A stretch of DNA of 64,000 bases from Thermoplasmatota archaeon (GCA_040751795.1 JBFMHR010000002.1:128001-192000); one strand, 5' to 3'. Counted from the stretch's first letter, positions 19,375-30,393 are shown. A program made the numbers and translations. Notes: generated from the sequence alone by a model not told the origin.

Positions 19375-19497
19375 ACCTCTCCCCCTCTCACTCGGCTGGC
19401 GACTCCATCCGCCCCGCACGCGCAAGGGCCAGCAGAGTCGCACCTAGCGCCTTAAACCCGCTCGCGCTATTAATGACTTGCTGAGGGCCCACTGCAC

Positions 19498-20871
19498 CTA
19501 GGCGGGGGCCTGGGGGGCCCCGCCGGACGCCACCTTGGAGGTCTTCCTGAGCTGCTCGATGCCGTCGTCCCCCCTCACGACCCTCCTGTCCCGCTCGAGG
19601 AGGGCCAGCTCCTTCTCGTCGTACGCCTTGGGGTTGATGGCGATCAGCAGCCTCGCCTTGGTCATCCAGGTGGTCTCGTTGAGCGAGTCGAGGTACCTCA
19701 GCACCTTCTTGAACTCGTTGAACGTGATGAGGTACTCCACGCCCTCCAGGAGGACTATGCTGTTGGGGTTGCTCTCCATGAACCTGATGACGGTGTCCGT
19801 GAGGACCGCGAGGCTAGTGGGGGCGACGCGCCTCTCGCCCGGCATCTCCGTGAGCCATATGATGGGCGTGACCTGGATGTTGTGGAGCTGCCTGATGTTC
19901 TCGGGGTACTCCCGCGTGACTATGAGGCCCCTGGGGATCAGGAACTCCAGCGTCGCCGAGGCCGACTCGCCGACCGCGGGGAGGTCGGCGTCGGGCCTCA
20001 GGGGCAGGGACACCAGCTCTGAGAAGAGCTTCGCCGCGCTGTCCTGCCTGTCGCTCTCGATGAGGTATGGGCCCCTGGGTATGTCGTAGGCCCTGAAGCC
20101 CGAGCGCTTGGCGCTCTCCACCTCCGGGTCGACGATCAGGGCCGTGAACCTCGTGTCGATGACCGTCCCGAGTATGGCCGCGAACAGGCCGACCATGATC
20201 CACGAGTAGGGGTCCGGCCCCTCGTAGTCCACCATGTCCCTGAGGACGATGTCGAAGGCGAACTCCGTCACGGGCATGGCTGTCCACGCCAGGACCATCC
20301 CCCTCATACCCCCGAACATCTCGAGCCCCTTCTCGGGTGCGAGGCCGGCGTCCCCCTTCATGAGCGGGAGCAGCAGGTTGACCGCGACCGACGCCACGAT
20401 GTACCCTATCACTAGCCCGAGGAGCGCCGGCTCGCCGGATATCTCGTCCCCCGAGGGGTTGACGGCCCACGAATAGACGATGACGAAGAGGCCGGCGGCC
20501 CCCCACACGGTCAGGATGTTGGCGGGGTGCCTCTTCATCCACCCGGAGAAGTGGTCCAGGGTGCTGAATGTCCTGTAGCGCGTGTTGAGCGCGACGAGGC
20601 AGACCGAGAGCCATATGGCGATGACGATGAACGTGACGTCGCCCGCGACATGGGTCTGCTCCGGCCAGCTCCCGAGGTGGTCCTCCATGATCTCGAGGGA
20701 CCACAGGAGGACCAGCGACGCCAGGAAGAGCGCGAATATCCAGCCGCGTATCACGGTGAAGAAGTCCGCCCTCACGCGCCTGATGTGCATGACGGAGTAG
20801 AGGACGAGGAAGAGGCCGAGGACGCTGGGAACGATGTCGAAGGCAATCCTCTCAGCGTCCATCTGCACCAC
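19498..20871 (-). CDS. Multi-pass membrane protein with C-terminal DUF835 (KaiC-like) domain
   Basis: About 7 hydrophobic segments, then GLIVTR.YP, IIWLT, VLLEGVEYLITFN.F, LALLER. Confidence 0.82.
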   Translation of the reverse strand: MVQMDAERIAFDIVPSVLGLFLVLYSVMHIRRVRADFFTVIRGWIFALFLASLVLLWSLEIMEDHLGSWPEQTHVAGDVTFIVIAIWLSVCLVALNTRYRTFSTLDHFSGWMKRHPANILTVWGAAGLFVIVYSWAVNPSGDEISGEPALLGLVIGYIVASVAVNLLLPLMKGDAGLAPEKGLEMFGGMRGMVLAWTAMPVTEFAFDIVLRDMVDYEGPDPYSWIMVGLFAAILGTVIDTRFTALIVDPEVESAKRSGFRAYDIPRGPYLIESDRQDSAAKLFSELVSLPLRPDADLPAVGESASATLEFLIPRGLIVTREYPENIRQLHNIQVTPIIWLTEMPGERRVAPTSLAVLTDTVIRFMESNPNSIVLLEGVEYLITFNEFKKVLRYLDSLNETTWMTKARLLIAINPKAYDEKELALLERDRRVVRGDDGIEQLRKTSKVASGGAPQAPA

Positions 20872-20919
20872 GCCCGCCTGCTCCAGGCCCGATTAGTGCT
20901 GTGGACGATAATAGTTCTG

Positions 20920-22620
20920 TCATCGGGGGACCTGACCAAAGCCAGTGGCGGCCATCACGGCCCCGGTGCTCGCGGAGCTCACTTCCTCCCTGTACCTGGC
21001 GAGGTATCCGGAGACGGCGCCCTTCGGCGCCTTCCTCTCCCTGAGCCTCGACTTGACCTCCTTCTGGGAGAGCAGGACCTCGATCTCCCTCGCGTCGAGG
21101 TCTATGCGGACTATGTCCTTGCTCCTGACCGCCGCGATAGTGCCGCCGACGTACGCCTCGGGGGAGACGTGGCCGATCGACAGCCCCCTCGTCCCTCCGG
21201 AGAATCTCCCGTCCGTGATGAGGGCGACCGAGTCCACCAGCCCCAGCCCAGCCAGTATCGAAGTCGGCCCGAGCATCTCGGGCATCCCCGGGGCCCCCTT
21301 CGGGCCCTGGTACCTTATCACGACCGCGTCCCCCGGCATTATCCTGCCCTTCAGCATCGCGTCGGTCGCGGCCCTCTCCGAGTCGAAGACCTTCGCCGGC
21401 CCCTCGAACTTCCTGAGGCTGGCTGGCAGGGCCGACTGCTTGATCACGCACCCCTCCTCCGCGAGGTTCCCGAAGAGCACTGCGATGCCCCCCTCCTCGT
21501 GGTATGCGTTCTCGAGGGACCGGACGACGTCGTCGTCCAGGACATTCGCCTCCGCCGCGATGGCGCGCACGGACCGCCCCGAGACGGTCCCCTCGTCGCT
21601 CAGCGCTCCGGAGAGCCTCGACATGACCGCGGGGATCCCCCCGGCGCGGTCGAGGTCGTCCATGAAGTGGCTCCCGCCCGGCTTCAGGGCGACGATGTGC
21701 TTCGTCTCCCTGGACAGGCGGTCGAACGCGGTCAGCTCGAGGTCGATGCCGAACTCCCTGGCGATCGCGATGAGGTGCAGCGTCGTGTTGGTGGACCCGC
21801 CTATCGCGTTCTCGACCCTGATGGCGTTCTCGAAGCTCCCCCTAGTGACGAAGTCCTTCGGGCGCCTGTTCTTCCTGGCCAGCTCCACCGCGAGGGCCCC
21901 TGTCTTCCGGGCCGTCTCCCTCTTCTCCTTGGACACGGCGTGCTGGGTCGCGCAGCCAGGGAGGCTCAGGCCGAGCGCCTCGGTGAGGCAGGCCATGGTG
22001 TTGGCGGTGAAGAGCCCCGAGCACGAGCCCGGGCCCGGGCAGGCCCTCCTCTCGATCTCCTGGAAGTCCTGCTCGGAGATCTTCCCGGCCGTCAGCTCGC
22101 CGACGGCCTCGAATATGGATATCACGTCGAGCCGCCTGGCCTTGTAGGCCCCGGGGACCATCGGTCCGCCCGTGAGCATGACCGACGGCACGTTGAGGCG
22201 GCCGCAGGCCATGAGCATGCCCGGGGTGATCTTGTCGCAGTTGGTCACGCCCACCCAGCTGTCCGCGACGTGCGCCTCGACCATCGATTCGACCGTGTCG
22301 GCGACGATCTCCCTCGACGGGAGGGAGTACCTCATGCCGTCGAGGCCCATGGCGATCCCGTCGCAGATGCCCATCACCCCGAACTCGAAGCAAGAGCCTC
22401 CGGCCTCCTCGGCCCCCTTCCTCACCTCCGCGGTGAGCTCGTTGAGGTGTATGTGGCCCGGCACTATGGTGTTGTAGGAGTTCGCGATGGCCACCAGGGG
22501 CTTGTCGAAGTCCTCGTCCTTCATCCCGACGGCCCGCATGAGCCCCCTCGCGGCCGCCCTGGACATGCCCTTCTTGACCGAATCGCTCCTGAGTGTCTCC
22601 GCCTTCTGAGCCATCTTCAT
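20920..22620 (-). CDS. ilvD: Dihydroxy-acid dehydratase
   Basis: [51 protein letters not shown]. Confidence 0.96.
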   Translation of the reverse strand: MKMAQKAETLRSDSVKKGMSRAAARGLMRAVGMKDEDFDKPLVAIANSYNTIVPGHIHLNELTAEVRKGAEEAGGSCFEFGVMGICDGIAMGLDGMRYSLPSREIVADTVESMVEAHVADSWVGVTNCDKITPGMLMACGRLNVPSVMLTGGPMVPGAYKARRLDVISIFEAVGELTAGKISEQDFQEIERRACPGPGSCSGLFTANTMACLTEALGLSLPGCATQHAVSKEKRETARKTGALAVELARKNRRPKDFVTRGSFENAIRVENAIGGSTNTTLHLIAIAREFGIDLELTAFDRLSRETKHIVALKPGGSHFMDDLDRAGGIPAVMSRLSGALSDEGTVSGRSVRAIAAEANVLDDDVVRSLENAYHEEGGIAVLFGNLAEEGCVIKQSALPASLRKFEGPAKVFDSERAATDAMLKGRIMPGDAVVIRYQGPKGAPGMPEMLGPTSILAGLGLVDSVALITDGRFSGGTRGLSIGHVSPEAYVGGTIAAVRSKDIVRIDLDAREIEVLLSQKEVKSRLRERKAPKGAVSGYLARYREEVSSASTGAVMAATGFGQVPR

Positions 22621-24020
22621 CCGCCCAGCCTGAAGTCGTCGTGCAGCGCTCGCACCGCCTTCTCGGTGTCCTTCTTCTTGATCATGAACGATATGTTGAG
22701 CTCGGACGAGCCCTGGGCGATCGCGCGGATGTTGATGCCCTCCCTAGCCATGGTCGTGAACACCCTCGCCGCGACGCCGGGCGTACCCTTCATGCCCGCC
22801 CCGACGACCGCCACGATGCTGAGGCCCGCCTCGATGGCCACCTCCCGCACCTGCTTCGAGCCCAGGAGGGAGAGCTCCAGCGCGTTCTGCGCCTTCGAGC
22901 CGCCCTCCTTCGGTATCGCCAGGGTGATGCTCTCCTCGGAGGAGCTCTGCGATATCATCAGGACGTCTATCTCCTCGTCCGTGAGTATCTGGAGGACCTT
23001 GGCGGGGAGCCTCGGGGTCCCGACCATGCTCGCCCCGCTGACGGTGATGAGGTCGACGTCGTTGATGTTGGTGATCGCCTTGACGACGTCGCCGTCCTTG
23101 ACCTTCGCCTCGCTCACTATGGACGTGCCCGGCCTGTCCGGGGCGGCGAGGCTCTTGACCCTGAACGGGAGCTGGTACTTGGCGGCGCACTCGAGCGCCT
23201 TGGGGTGCACGACCTCGGCGCCGAAGTGGGCCAGCTCCATCGCCTCGGCGAACGATATGGACTCGATCATCTTCGCGTCCTTCACCATCTTGGGGTTGGC
23301 CGTCATGAGCCCGTCGACGTCCTTCCAGACCCACACCTCGTCGGAGCGGACCGACGCCCCGATTATGGACGCGGTGAAGTCGGAGCCGCCCCTGCCTATG
23401 GTCGTCTGGATGCCCTCCTGGGTCTGGGCGATGAACCCGCTGATCACCGGCGTGACCCCCTCCTCGAGCAGCGGGTCCAGGTTCTGCCTCACCTGCAGGG
23501 TGGTCACGTTCATCAGGGGCTGCGCCGCCCCGTAGTTGTCGTCCGTGACTATCCCCGCCTCGCCGCCTGTGAACGCCGCCGACTTCATCCCCAGGTCCTC
23601 GAGCACCGCAGCCAGGAGAGGGGCCGACAGCCTCTCCCCGAAGCCCACGACGTAGTCCTTGGAGCGCGGCGTCAGCTCGCCGATGTGCGCTATGCCCAGC
23701 AGGACGTTCCTCAGGTCGTCGCAGGTCGCCTTGAGCGACTCGAGCGTCCTCGCGAGTATCTCCTTGTCGCGTATGGCGTCCTCCGCGGCCTTGATGTGCC
23801 TCTCAGCGAGGTCGTCCGCCGCCTTGCGGACGAGGTCCTTCTTCTTCCTGCTCGCCTGGTTGGCCGCTTCCACGAGGGTGTTGGTGACGCTGTGCATGGC
23901 CGAGGTCACGACGGCGACCTGGTCCCCCTTGCCGGCGAACCTGTGCACTATCGTGCCCACCATCCTGAACTTCGCGCCGTCCGCGACGCTCACGCCTCCG
24001 AACTTCATCACCAGCCTCAT
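22617..24020 (-). CDS. lysC: Aspartate kinase with two ACT domains
   Basis: [37 protein letters not shown]. Confidence 0.93.
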   Translation of the reverse strand: MRLVMKFGGVSVADGAKFRMVGTIVHRFAGKGDQVAVVTSAMHSVTNTLVEAANQASRKKKDLVRKAADDLAERHIKAAEDAIRDKEILARTLESLKATCDDLRNVLLGIAHIGELTPRSKDYVVGFGERLSAPLLAAVLEDLGMKSAAFTGGEAGIVTDDNYGAAQPLMNVTTLQVRQNLDPLLEEGVTPVISGFIAQTQEGIQTTIGRGGSDFTASIIGASVRSDEVWVWKDVDGLMTANPKMVKDAKMIESISFAEAMELAHFGAEVVHPKALECAAKYQLPFRVKSLAAPDRPGTSIVSEAKVKDGDVVKAITNINDVDLITVSGASMVGTPRLPAKVLQILTDEEIDVLMISQSSSEESITLAIPKEGGSKAQNALELSLLGSKQVREVAIEAGLSIVAVVGAGMKGTPGVAARVFTTMAREGINIRAIAQGSSELNISFMIKKKDTEKAVRALHDDFRLGG

Positions 24021-24037
24021 GGCCTCATCATCCTCCT

Positions 24038-25051
24038 CTACCTGGCGAACGACCTCCGGATCTCTATGAGGTCCCTTACCACCGAGGTGGCCGTCTCCGG
24101 CCCTCCGGCCCCCTTGCCCACGAGGGTGACCTCCCCGGACGGGTGCGTGTCGAAGCAGATGGCGTTGAAGGTGCCGGAGACGTTGAGCGGGTGCGTGAGC
24201 CCGATGCTCTCTGGCGACACCTTGGCCCTGCTGCCGACGCTGCCGATGAGCTTGACCGCCTCGCTCCTGGCCGCTGCCTGGGCGATGTCCTCTCTGGACA
24301 CCTTGGTTATCCCCCGCATGTCCACGTCCTTGATGGACAGGGACGTGCCGAGGACGTAGTTGGAAGTGATGACCAGCTTGCAGGCCGTGTCGAACCCCTC
24401 GATGTCGTAGGTGGGGTCGGCCTCCGCGTAGCCGAGGCGCTGTGCATCGGCGAGGGCGTCCTCCATGCTCGCGCCCTCGGACGACATCCTGGTGAGGATG
24501 TAGTTGGAGGTCCCGTTGAGGATCCCCCTGATGCTCCTGATCTCGCTGCCCTCGAGGCACTTCTTGGCGAAGTCCAGCACGGGGGTCCCGCCTCCGACCG
24601 TGCCGCTGAACTTGAACACCACCCCGTTGTGCTGCGCGAGCTCCATCAGGGCGGGCATGGCCAGGGCCAGGGGCCCCTTGTTGGTGCACACGACGTGCCT
24701 CCCGCTCATCATGGACGCCTTGACGTGGCTGAGGCCTGGCTCCCCCTTCCTTATCTCGGTCGGGGTGGTCTCCACGGCGACCTCGCACTCGGTCTCCCTC
24801 ACGGCGTGGACGCCGTCCATCGCCTCGTGGTAGGAGCCGCCCATGCCTGAGAGGTCCCCGCGCGACTTCTTGGAGTCCAGCGCCTTGCGCAGGTCCAGCC
24901 CGTCCTTGTCGAGCGCCGCGCCGTGGCTGTCGACTATGCCGACGATCCTGGGCTTGAGGCCGTACTCCCTCGCGAGCTTGGGCCCCTCGGAGATGACCAC
25001 CTCGGCGAAGCTCCGCGCGACGACGCCGAAGCCGAGCAGGACGATTCTCAT
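24038..25051 (-). CDS. hom: Homoserine dehydrogenase
   Basis: GFGVV, TNKGPLA, TVGGGTP, GILNGTSNYIL, GYAEADP, GAGGPETA. Confidence 0.95.
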   Translation of the reverse strand: MRIVLLGFGVVARSFAEVVISEGPKLAREYGLKPRIVGIVDSHGAALDKDGLDLRKALDSKKSRGDLSGMGGSYHEAMDGVHAVRETECEVAVETTPTEIRKGEPGLSHVKASMMSGRHVVCTNKGPLALAMPALMELAQHNGVVFKFSGTVGGGTPVLDFAKKCLEGSEIRSIRGILNGTSNYILTRMSSEGASMEDALADAQRLGYAEADPTYDIEGFDTACKLVITSNYVLGTSLSIKDVDMRGITKVSREDIAQAAARSEAVKLIGSVGSRAKVSPESIGLTHPLNVSGTFNAICFDTHPSGEVTLVGKGAGGPETATSVVRDLIEIRRSFAR

Positions 25052-25052
25052 C

Positions 25053-26282
25053 TCAGAGCCCCTCCACGACCTTGCGCAGCGCCTCGACGGACGCCTCCAC
25101 GACGGTCGGTCTCTCCGAGCGGGCCACGGCCACATCTGGGTCCTTGAGCCCGTGCCCGGTCGAGACGCACACTATCCTCGATGAGCGGTCCAACTTGCCG
25201 GAGGAGACGTCCTTGGCCAGCCCCGCGACCGCGGCCGCCCCGGCCGGCTCCGCGAAGATGCCCTCGAGTCCGGCCATCAGGCTCTGGGCCCTGAGTATCT
25301 CCTCGTCCGAGACGGTGGAGCAGGTACCTCCGGAGTCCCTGATGGCCTTGACGGTCTTCCTCCAGTTGGCCGGGTTCCCGATCCTTATCGCCGTCGCCAC
25401 GGTGTCGGGCCTGGCAACGGGCACCAGCGACTGCGAGCCATCGGCGAACATGGCTGCGACGGGCGCCGATCCCGCGGCCTGGACGCCCATCACCTTCGGG
25501 TGGGTGCCGACCACGCCGAGTTCCTCGTACTCCCTGAAGCCCTTCCAGTATGCGGCGGAGTTGCCGCCGTTGCCCACCGGTATGTAGAGGTAGTCGGGAG
25601 CAGAGCCGCCGAGCTGGTCGCAGACCTCGTATGCGGCGGTCTTCTGCCCCTCGACCCTGAACGGGTTGACCGAGTTGAGGACGTACATGTCCAGGGGCCC
25701 GGAGGCCTTCATCACCATGTCCAGCGCCTGGTCGAAGTTGCCCTTGACCGACACGACCTTCGCCCCGTGCATCATCGCCTGGGCCAGCTTCCCCAGCGCG
25801 ACCTTCCCCTCGGGTATCAGGACGACGCACCTGAGGCCGGCCAGCCCTGCGTAGGCGGCGAGCGACGCGGACGTGTTGCCGGTCGACGCGCACACCACGA
25901 CCCGCATCCCGAGCTCCTTGGCCTTCGAGATCCCCACGGTCATCCCCCGGTCCTTGAAGGAGCCCGTCGGGTTCATGCCGTCGAACTTGATCCAGAGGTC
26001 GTCCAGGCCGAGGTGTCTCCCCAGATTCTCGCACCTCATCAGTGGGGTGCCGCCCTCGCCCCTCGTGAACACCGGTGTGCCTTCGGCGACGGGGATCAGT
26101 TCACGGTACCTCCAGACGGAGAGCGGGCGGCCCTTCCACGCGCCGCTTGAGAGCCTGCGCTGGGCCGACGGGATGTCCATCGAGACCTCGAGCAGGTTGC
26201 CGCACGAGGAGCACGCGTAGGCGGGCCGGGCCATGTCGTGGACCTTGCCGCACCCGATGCACCTCATCTCGAATGGCGCCAT
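25053..26282 (-). CDS. thrC: Threonine synthase
   Basis: N-terminal zinc ribbon, GEGGTPL, NPTGSFKDRG, ASTGNTSAS, TGHGLKDP. Confidence 0.96.
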   Translation of the reverse strand: MAPFEMRCIGCGKVHDMARPAYACSSCGNLLEVSMDIPSAQRRLSSGAWKGRPLSVWRYRELIPVAEGTPVFTRGEGGTPLMRCENLGRHLGLDDLWIKFDGMNPTGSFKDRGMTVGISKAKELGMRVVVCASTGNTSASLAAYAGLAGLRCVVLIPEGKVALGKLAQAMMHGAKVVSVKGNFDQALDMVMKASGPLDMYVLNSVNPFRVEGQKTAAYEVCDQLGGSAPDYLYIPVGNGGNSAAYWKGFREYEELGVVGTHPKVMGVQAAGSAPVAAMFADGSQSLVPVARPDTVATAIRIGNPANWRKTVKAIRDSGGTCSTVSDEEILRAQSLMAGLEGIFAEPAGAAAVAGLAKDVSSGKLDRSSRIVCVSTGHGLKDPDVAVARSERPTVVEASVEALRKVVEGL

Positions 26283-26475
26283 TTGACCTCCCCACTGGGG
26301 TGCGCCTGCTATGTGTAGAGAAAATATAAGCCCTTCGGACTTCTGGACGCGACGCGGCCGGCCTCTGGCCGAGCGCTGGCCCGGGTCTGTTGCACATATG
26401 TGTCCATGCGGTGCTGAGCCCGCGCCTCAATGGGTTTAATACCCACGGTGTCTGATGCCCTGCCAGGGACCACAG

Positions 26476-27405
26476 ATGAGATACAGCAGGGCCGTCGTCT
26501 CTTCGCCGGCCTCCATCGCCAACTTCGGGCCGGGCTTCGACTCCTTCGGGCTGTGTCTGGACACGCCCAGGGACCTCGTCACCGTCAAGAGGGCCCCGGC
26601 CGGCTCTTTCGAGGTCAAGGTCGTCGGCTCCGGCTCGGTGCCGACGGACCCGATGAGGAACACCGCCTCCTACTCGGCGATCAAGCTGGCGGAGGCCTGC
26701 GGCTGCGAGGACGCCGGCTTCTCCATGACGGTCAAGAAGGGCATGAAGCCAGGCAGCGGGATAGGGAGCAGCGCCGCCTCGTCAGTCGGCGGGGCGCTCG
26801 CCATGGCCGCGCTCCTTGGCGTCAAGGACAAGAAGGCAGTGCTGGAGGCGGCTGCCATGGGTGAGGAGCTCATCTCCGGGGCGATGCACTTCGACAACGT
26901 CGCGGCGGCCCTCTACGGGGGCTTCACCGTCGTGTCCGACGCGCGGACGAGGACGATACTCCAGATCAGGCCACCGAAGTTCGAGGTCGTCGTCGTGGTC
27001 CCCGATGTCACCGTGGAGACGAGGAAGGCGCGCGCGGTCCTTCCTGAGAAGGTCCACATGAGGGACGCGGTCAGCAACCTATCGCTCGCGTCCGGCATGG
27101 TCCATGCGATGATGAAGCGGGACGTGAGGGCGATCGCCTCGCACCTCGACGACTCGCTCGCCATCCCCTACAGGAAGTCGCTGGTGCCGGGCTACGACGC
27201 GGTCCGCGAGAGCGCGCTGGCCGCGGGGGCCCTCGGTGTCTCGCTCGGAGGCTCCGGACCCGCGGTCTTCGCGATCGCCATCCGCGGCGCCTCGAGGATC
27301 AGGTCCGCCATGGCCGATGCGTTCAGGGAGTCGGCCGGCCTGGACTCGGAGTCCTTCGTGACCCACCCCGGCGAGGGCGCGAGGATCGAGAGCGTCTCGA
27401 AGTGA
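26476..27405 (+). CDS. thrB: Homoserine kinase
   Basis: PASIANFGPGFD, PGSGIGSSAAS (GHMP), HFDNVA, GSGP. Confidence 0.93.
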   Translation: MRYSRAVVSSPASIANFGPGFDSFGLCLDTPRDLVTVKRAPAGSFEVKVVGSGSVPTDPMRNTASYSAIKLAEACGCEDAGFSMTVKKGMKPGSGIGSSAASSVGGALAMAALLGVKDKKAVLEAAAMGEELISGAMHFDNVAAALYGGFTVVSDARTRTILQIRPPKFEVVVVVPDVTVETRKARAVLPEKVHMRDAVSNLSLASGMVHAMMKRDVRAIASHLDDSLAIPYRKSLVPGYDAVRESALAAGALGVSLGGSGPAVFAIAIRGASRIRSAMADAFRESAGLDSESFVTHPGEGARIESVSK

Positions 27406-27407
27406 TG

Positions 27408-28337
27408 CTAGAACGCTATCCGCTCGCCAGGGACCCTGGGGAACAGCGACACGTCCCGCACGTGCTTCTGGCCAGTCAGGAACCTCACCATGCGCTCTAT
27501 GCCCAGGCCCCCGCCCACGGTCTGCGGGATGAGGCCGCTGCTGGCGACCTCGAGGTACCTCTTGAACGCGGCGGGGTCGGTCCTCCTCTCCCCCATCTTG
27601 CGCAGTATCTCCTGGTGCTCCCACTCCCTCTCGCCGCCCGAGAGCGCCTCGCCGTAGCCCTCCGGCCAGAAGACGTCGTAGTTGTGGTAGTAGCCCCTGC
27701 GCTCCTTGTCCTCGCGGTCGTAGAACTCCCTGCGGAAGTTGAGTATCCAGAACGGGTCCCTCTCGCTCTCGGAGGCGACCCTCTCGAAGTCGTCGCCGTA
27801 CCTGGCCCTGAGGTCGTCGGACTCGTGGACCTTCAGGGGGAGCTCCGGCGTCCGCAGCCTCCTGCCGAGCGCCCTCAGGTCGTCCTTGCACTCCCTCTGG
27901 ACGAAAGAGAACACGCTGCCGATCATCCCGTCGATGAAGCAGATGAAGTCCTTCTTGGTCGCGTCCTTGAGCTCGATGTCCACCTGGGTGAACTCGAAGA
28001 GGTGCCGGCCCGTCTCGCCCAGGCTCCCCTGCTCCAGCCGCACGTTCGGGGACATGATGTAGATCTTGTCGAACCCATCGTTGAGCAGGGCCAGCTGCTT
28101 GTGCATGATCATGCTCTTGGTGAGGTGAAGCCTCTGGCCGTAGTACTCGACCGAGGCGTCGAAGTGCGGGTGGTTGAGCGGGTCCGTCTCGGGGGAGAGG
28201 ATCACGGGCATCGACTGGACCACGCCGTTGTCGTACATGTAGTCGTGGAGCGCCTTGAGGGCCGCGCTCTGCACCCTGAGTATGTGGGCCATCTTAGTCT
28301 CGCGGAGGTGTAGCACCGTGTCCTGCATGCTTATCAT
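27408..28337 (-). CDS. asnA: Archaeal-type asparagine synthetase A (AsnRS/AspRS paralog without anticodon domain)
   Basis: ILSPETDPL, LTKSMIMHKQL, SPNVRLE, HLFEFTQVDIE, SGGERE, GLGIER, FPRVPG. Confidence 0.85.
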   Translation of the reverse strand: MISMQDTVLHLRETKMAHILRVQSAALKALHDYMYDNGVVQSMPVILSPETDPLNHPHFDASVEYYGQRLHLTKSMIMHKQLALLNDGFDKIYIMSPNVRLEQGSLGETGRHLFEFTQVDIELKDATKKDFICFIDGMIGSVFSFVQRECKDDLRALGRRLRTPELPLKVHESDDLRARYGDDFERVASESERDPFWILNFRREFYDREDKERRGYYHNYDVFWPEGYGEALSGGEREWEHQEILRKMGERRTDPAAFKRYLEVASSGLIPQTVGGGLGIERMVRFLTGQKHVRDVSLFPRVPGERIAF

Positions 28338-28374
28338 CGACGAATAGACGACAACACGGGATTCTATTTGACTA

Positions 28375-28446
28375 TTTCCTCCAAATTGGCGGAAAATGGC
28401 CAAAAAGAGGCAATTATAATATATGATTCCCGTCATATTGCCGGAA
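28375..28446. promoter_or_regulatory. Two related palindromic operators between asnA and lrp
   Basis: TTCCTCCAAATTGGCGGAA (28376-28394) and TCCCGTCATATTGCCGGAA (28428-28446) flank an AT-rich TATA region. Confidence 0.6.
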
Positions 28447-28447
28447 C

Positions 28448-28885
28448 ATGTTGGACGAGAAGGACACGGCGATACTCGAGAAGCTCATCGAGGACTCGCG
28501 CAGGACGACCAAGGCGATAGCCAAGGAGCTCGACATACCGAGGGCCACCGTCCACGACCGCATAACGAAGATGGAACAGAAGGGCGTCATAAGGAGGTAC
28601 ACCGCGGTCCCCGACTACGTCCAGCTCGGCGCAGGAGTCTCCGCCTTCATACTGGTTCAGTTCGGGCCGGAGAGCGGCATCTCCCAGCGCGACACCGCCG
28701 AGGAGATATCCACGATCCAGGGGATATTCGAGGTCCACATGATATCGGGGGAATACGACATGCTCCTGAAGGTCCGCGGGGCCAGCATGGAGGAGATCGG
28801 CAGGCTGGTCATAGACAAGCTGAGGGACGTCAAGGGCGTGGCGCGCACGCTGACCTGCGCGGTCTTCACCACGGTGAAGGAGTGA
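28448..28885 (+). CDS. Lrp/AsnC family transcriptional regulator
   Basis: LDEKDTAILEKL..DSR, HTH, RITKMEQKGVI, SGEYD RAM domain. Confidence 0.93.
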   Translation: MLDEKDTAILEKLIEDSRRTTKAIAKELDIPRATVHDRITKMEQKGVIRRYTAVPDYVQLGAGVSAFILVQFGPESGISQRDTAEEISTIQGIFEVHMISGEYDMLLKVRGASMEEIGRLVIDKLRDVKGVARTLTCAVFTTVKE

Positions 28886-28891
28886 CAGCGT

Positions 28892-30334
28892 CTACCTGGC
28901 CCTCTTCTTCAGCAGCCTCGCCGCGGTCTCGCCGACCTCGCTCCTCACCGGCTCGACGGTGTGCTCCTTGAATATCCGCCTGACCTCGTCGCCGGCCCGG
29001 TCGAGTATGCTCCTGGAGCCCTTCTGGACCCACGCGTCCCACGACGACCTGTCGGCGACGGCGGGGATGAAGTGCTCCGTCCTGAACCTCTCCATCGTGT
29101 GCCTCTGTCCGAGGTAGTCCTTGCCTATCCCGACCCTCCGGATGACGTCGAGGGCGATGCTGTCCTCGGTGACGTCCATGCCCCTCGCCATCCTCCCGAT
29201 CATCTGGGACATCTCGGAGTCGATCACGAGCTGCTCGAGCCAGATCGTCCTGCAGTCCTCGAGGAGGCCTATCCCGGCGATCATGTCCGCCCCGGCCAGG
29301 ATCGGCGGCACGGCGCTCGCGTACTTCTCGAACGCGGCCTGCTCGTCCGGCTCCTTGGAGGTGGTGACGAACCCGCCGACGAGCGCGGGGAAGCCCAGGT
29401 CGTGGGCCATCTGCGCGTAGGCGGCGGAGGTCAGCCCCTGCTCGGCGCACCCTCCGGCCCTGGTCGACGCCTTCATGTCGAGCACGGCCATGCCGGCCGC
29501 GAACACGAAGGACGTGCCGGGGCTGCTGAGCTGGAACAGGGTGTTGCCCGCGAGCGCCTCCGCGACGGCGACTGTCACCGCGCCCGCGAGGGTGGCGGGG
29601 CCCGTGGCCCCAGGCCCTGGCATGACGTAGAAGCATATGGGTATCCCGGCCTCGGCCGCGACGAAGCCGGCCTCGAGCCCCTCGCCGTCGATCTGCAGCG
29701 GGGACGAGCTGGTGTGTATCGACGAGATGAGGGGCCTCTTCCTGAGCTCCTCCCTCCCGCCGGCGGCGGCGGACGCGAGCTCTATGACGTCCTCGACCTC
29801 CCAGGCCGTGGTGTCCGTGGCTATGGTGATGTGCTTCTCGGTGTTCTCCAGGGACGCCTGGAGGTCGTGGATGTGCCTCGTCCCCTGGGGGACGTCCTGC
29901 GACGTGACGTTGGGCCAGTTGATCCCGTGCCCCTTCAGGGCGTCGGCGACGAAGGCGCTCCTTGCGACGTCGGACTTCCTCGACTCGCGCCTCTGCCTCG
30001 TCTCGAAGTCCATCGCCATGGTGCCGTTGCCGTCGCTCGTGACGTAGGTGTGGGCCCCGTCGAGGCGGGCGTCGTGCCTCCTCGTGCGGCCGTAGAACGT
30101 GACCGCGCGGTTGGCCTTCCTCACGCACTCGTTGACCAGTCCGTCGGGGAACCTGACCACTGCGCTTTTCCTGTCCACTTCGCAGCCTGCCTTCTGTAGC
30201 ATCAGCTGCGCTTTTTCGCTCCTGACCGCGACGCCGGTCCCCTCGAGCACCTCGAGGGCTGCCTGCCGTATCATCCTCATGTCGTCGTTCGTCAGGACGT
30301 CCCTCTTGTGTCTGACGGTTATGCTGTTGGCCAT
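28892..30334 (-). CDS. MttB-superfamily methylamine:corrinoid methyltransferase (non-pyrrolysine)
   Basis: LEVLEGTGV, SSPLQ.D, GATGPATLAG, SKEPDEQA, EQLVID.E, ALDVI..VG. Confidence 0.9.
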   Translation of the reverse strand: MANSITVRHKRDVLTNDDMRMIRQAALEVLEGTGVAVRSEKAQLMLQKAGCEVDRKSAVVRFPDGLVNECVRKANRAVTFYGRTRRHDARLDGAHTYVTSDGNGTMAMDFETRQRRESRKSDVARSAFVADALKGHGINWPNVTSQDVPQGTRHIHDLQASLENTEKHITIATDTTAWEVEDVIELASAAAGGREELRKRPLISSIHTSSSPLQIDGEGLEAGFVAAEAGIPICFYVMPGPGATGPATLAGAVTVAVAEALAGNTLFQLSSPGTSFVFAAGMAVLDMKASTRAGGCAEQGLTSAAYAQMAHDLGFPALVGGFVTTSKEPDEQAAFEKYASAVPPILAGADMIAGIGLLEDCRTIWLEQLVIDSEMSQMIGRMARGMDVTEDSIALDVIRRVGIGKDYLGQRHTMERFRTEHFIPAVADRSSWDAWVQKGSRSILDRAGDEVRRIFKEHTVEPVRSEVGETAARLLKKRAR

Positions 30335-30393
30335 TCCTGTCCCCCCGGTTACGGGTCTCCTCTCTTCGGTATCGTCGATGATCGGGAAATGTG

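Noticed and set aside
20527-23535. 1002-aa plus-strand ORF and many other long overlapping ORFs (e.g. 5829-7571, 15269-17047, 58128-60050)
   Set aside because: Antisense or frame shadows of well-supported genes; stop codons are scarce at this GC content and no motifs are present
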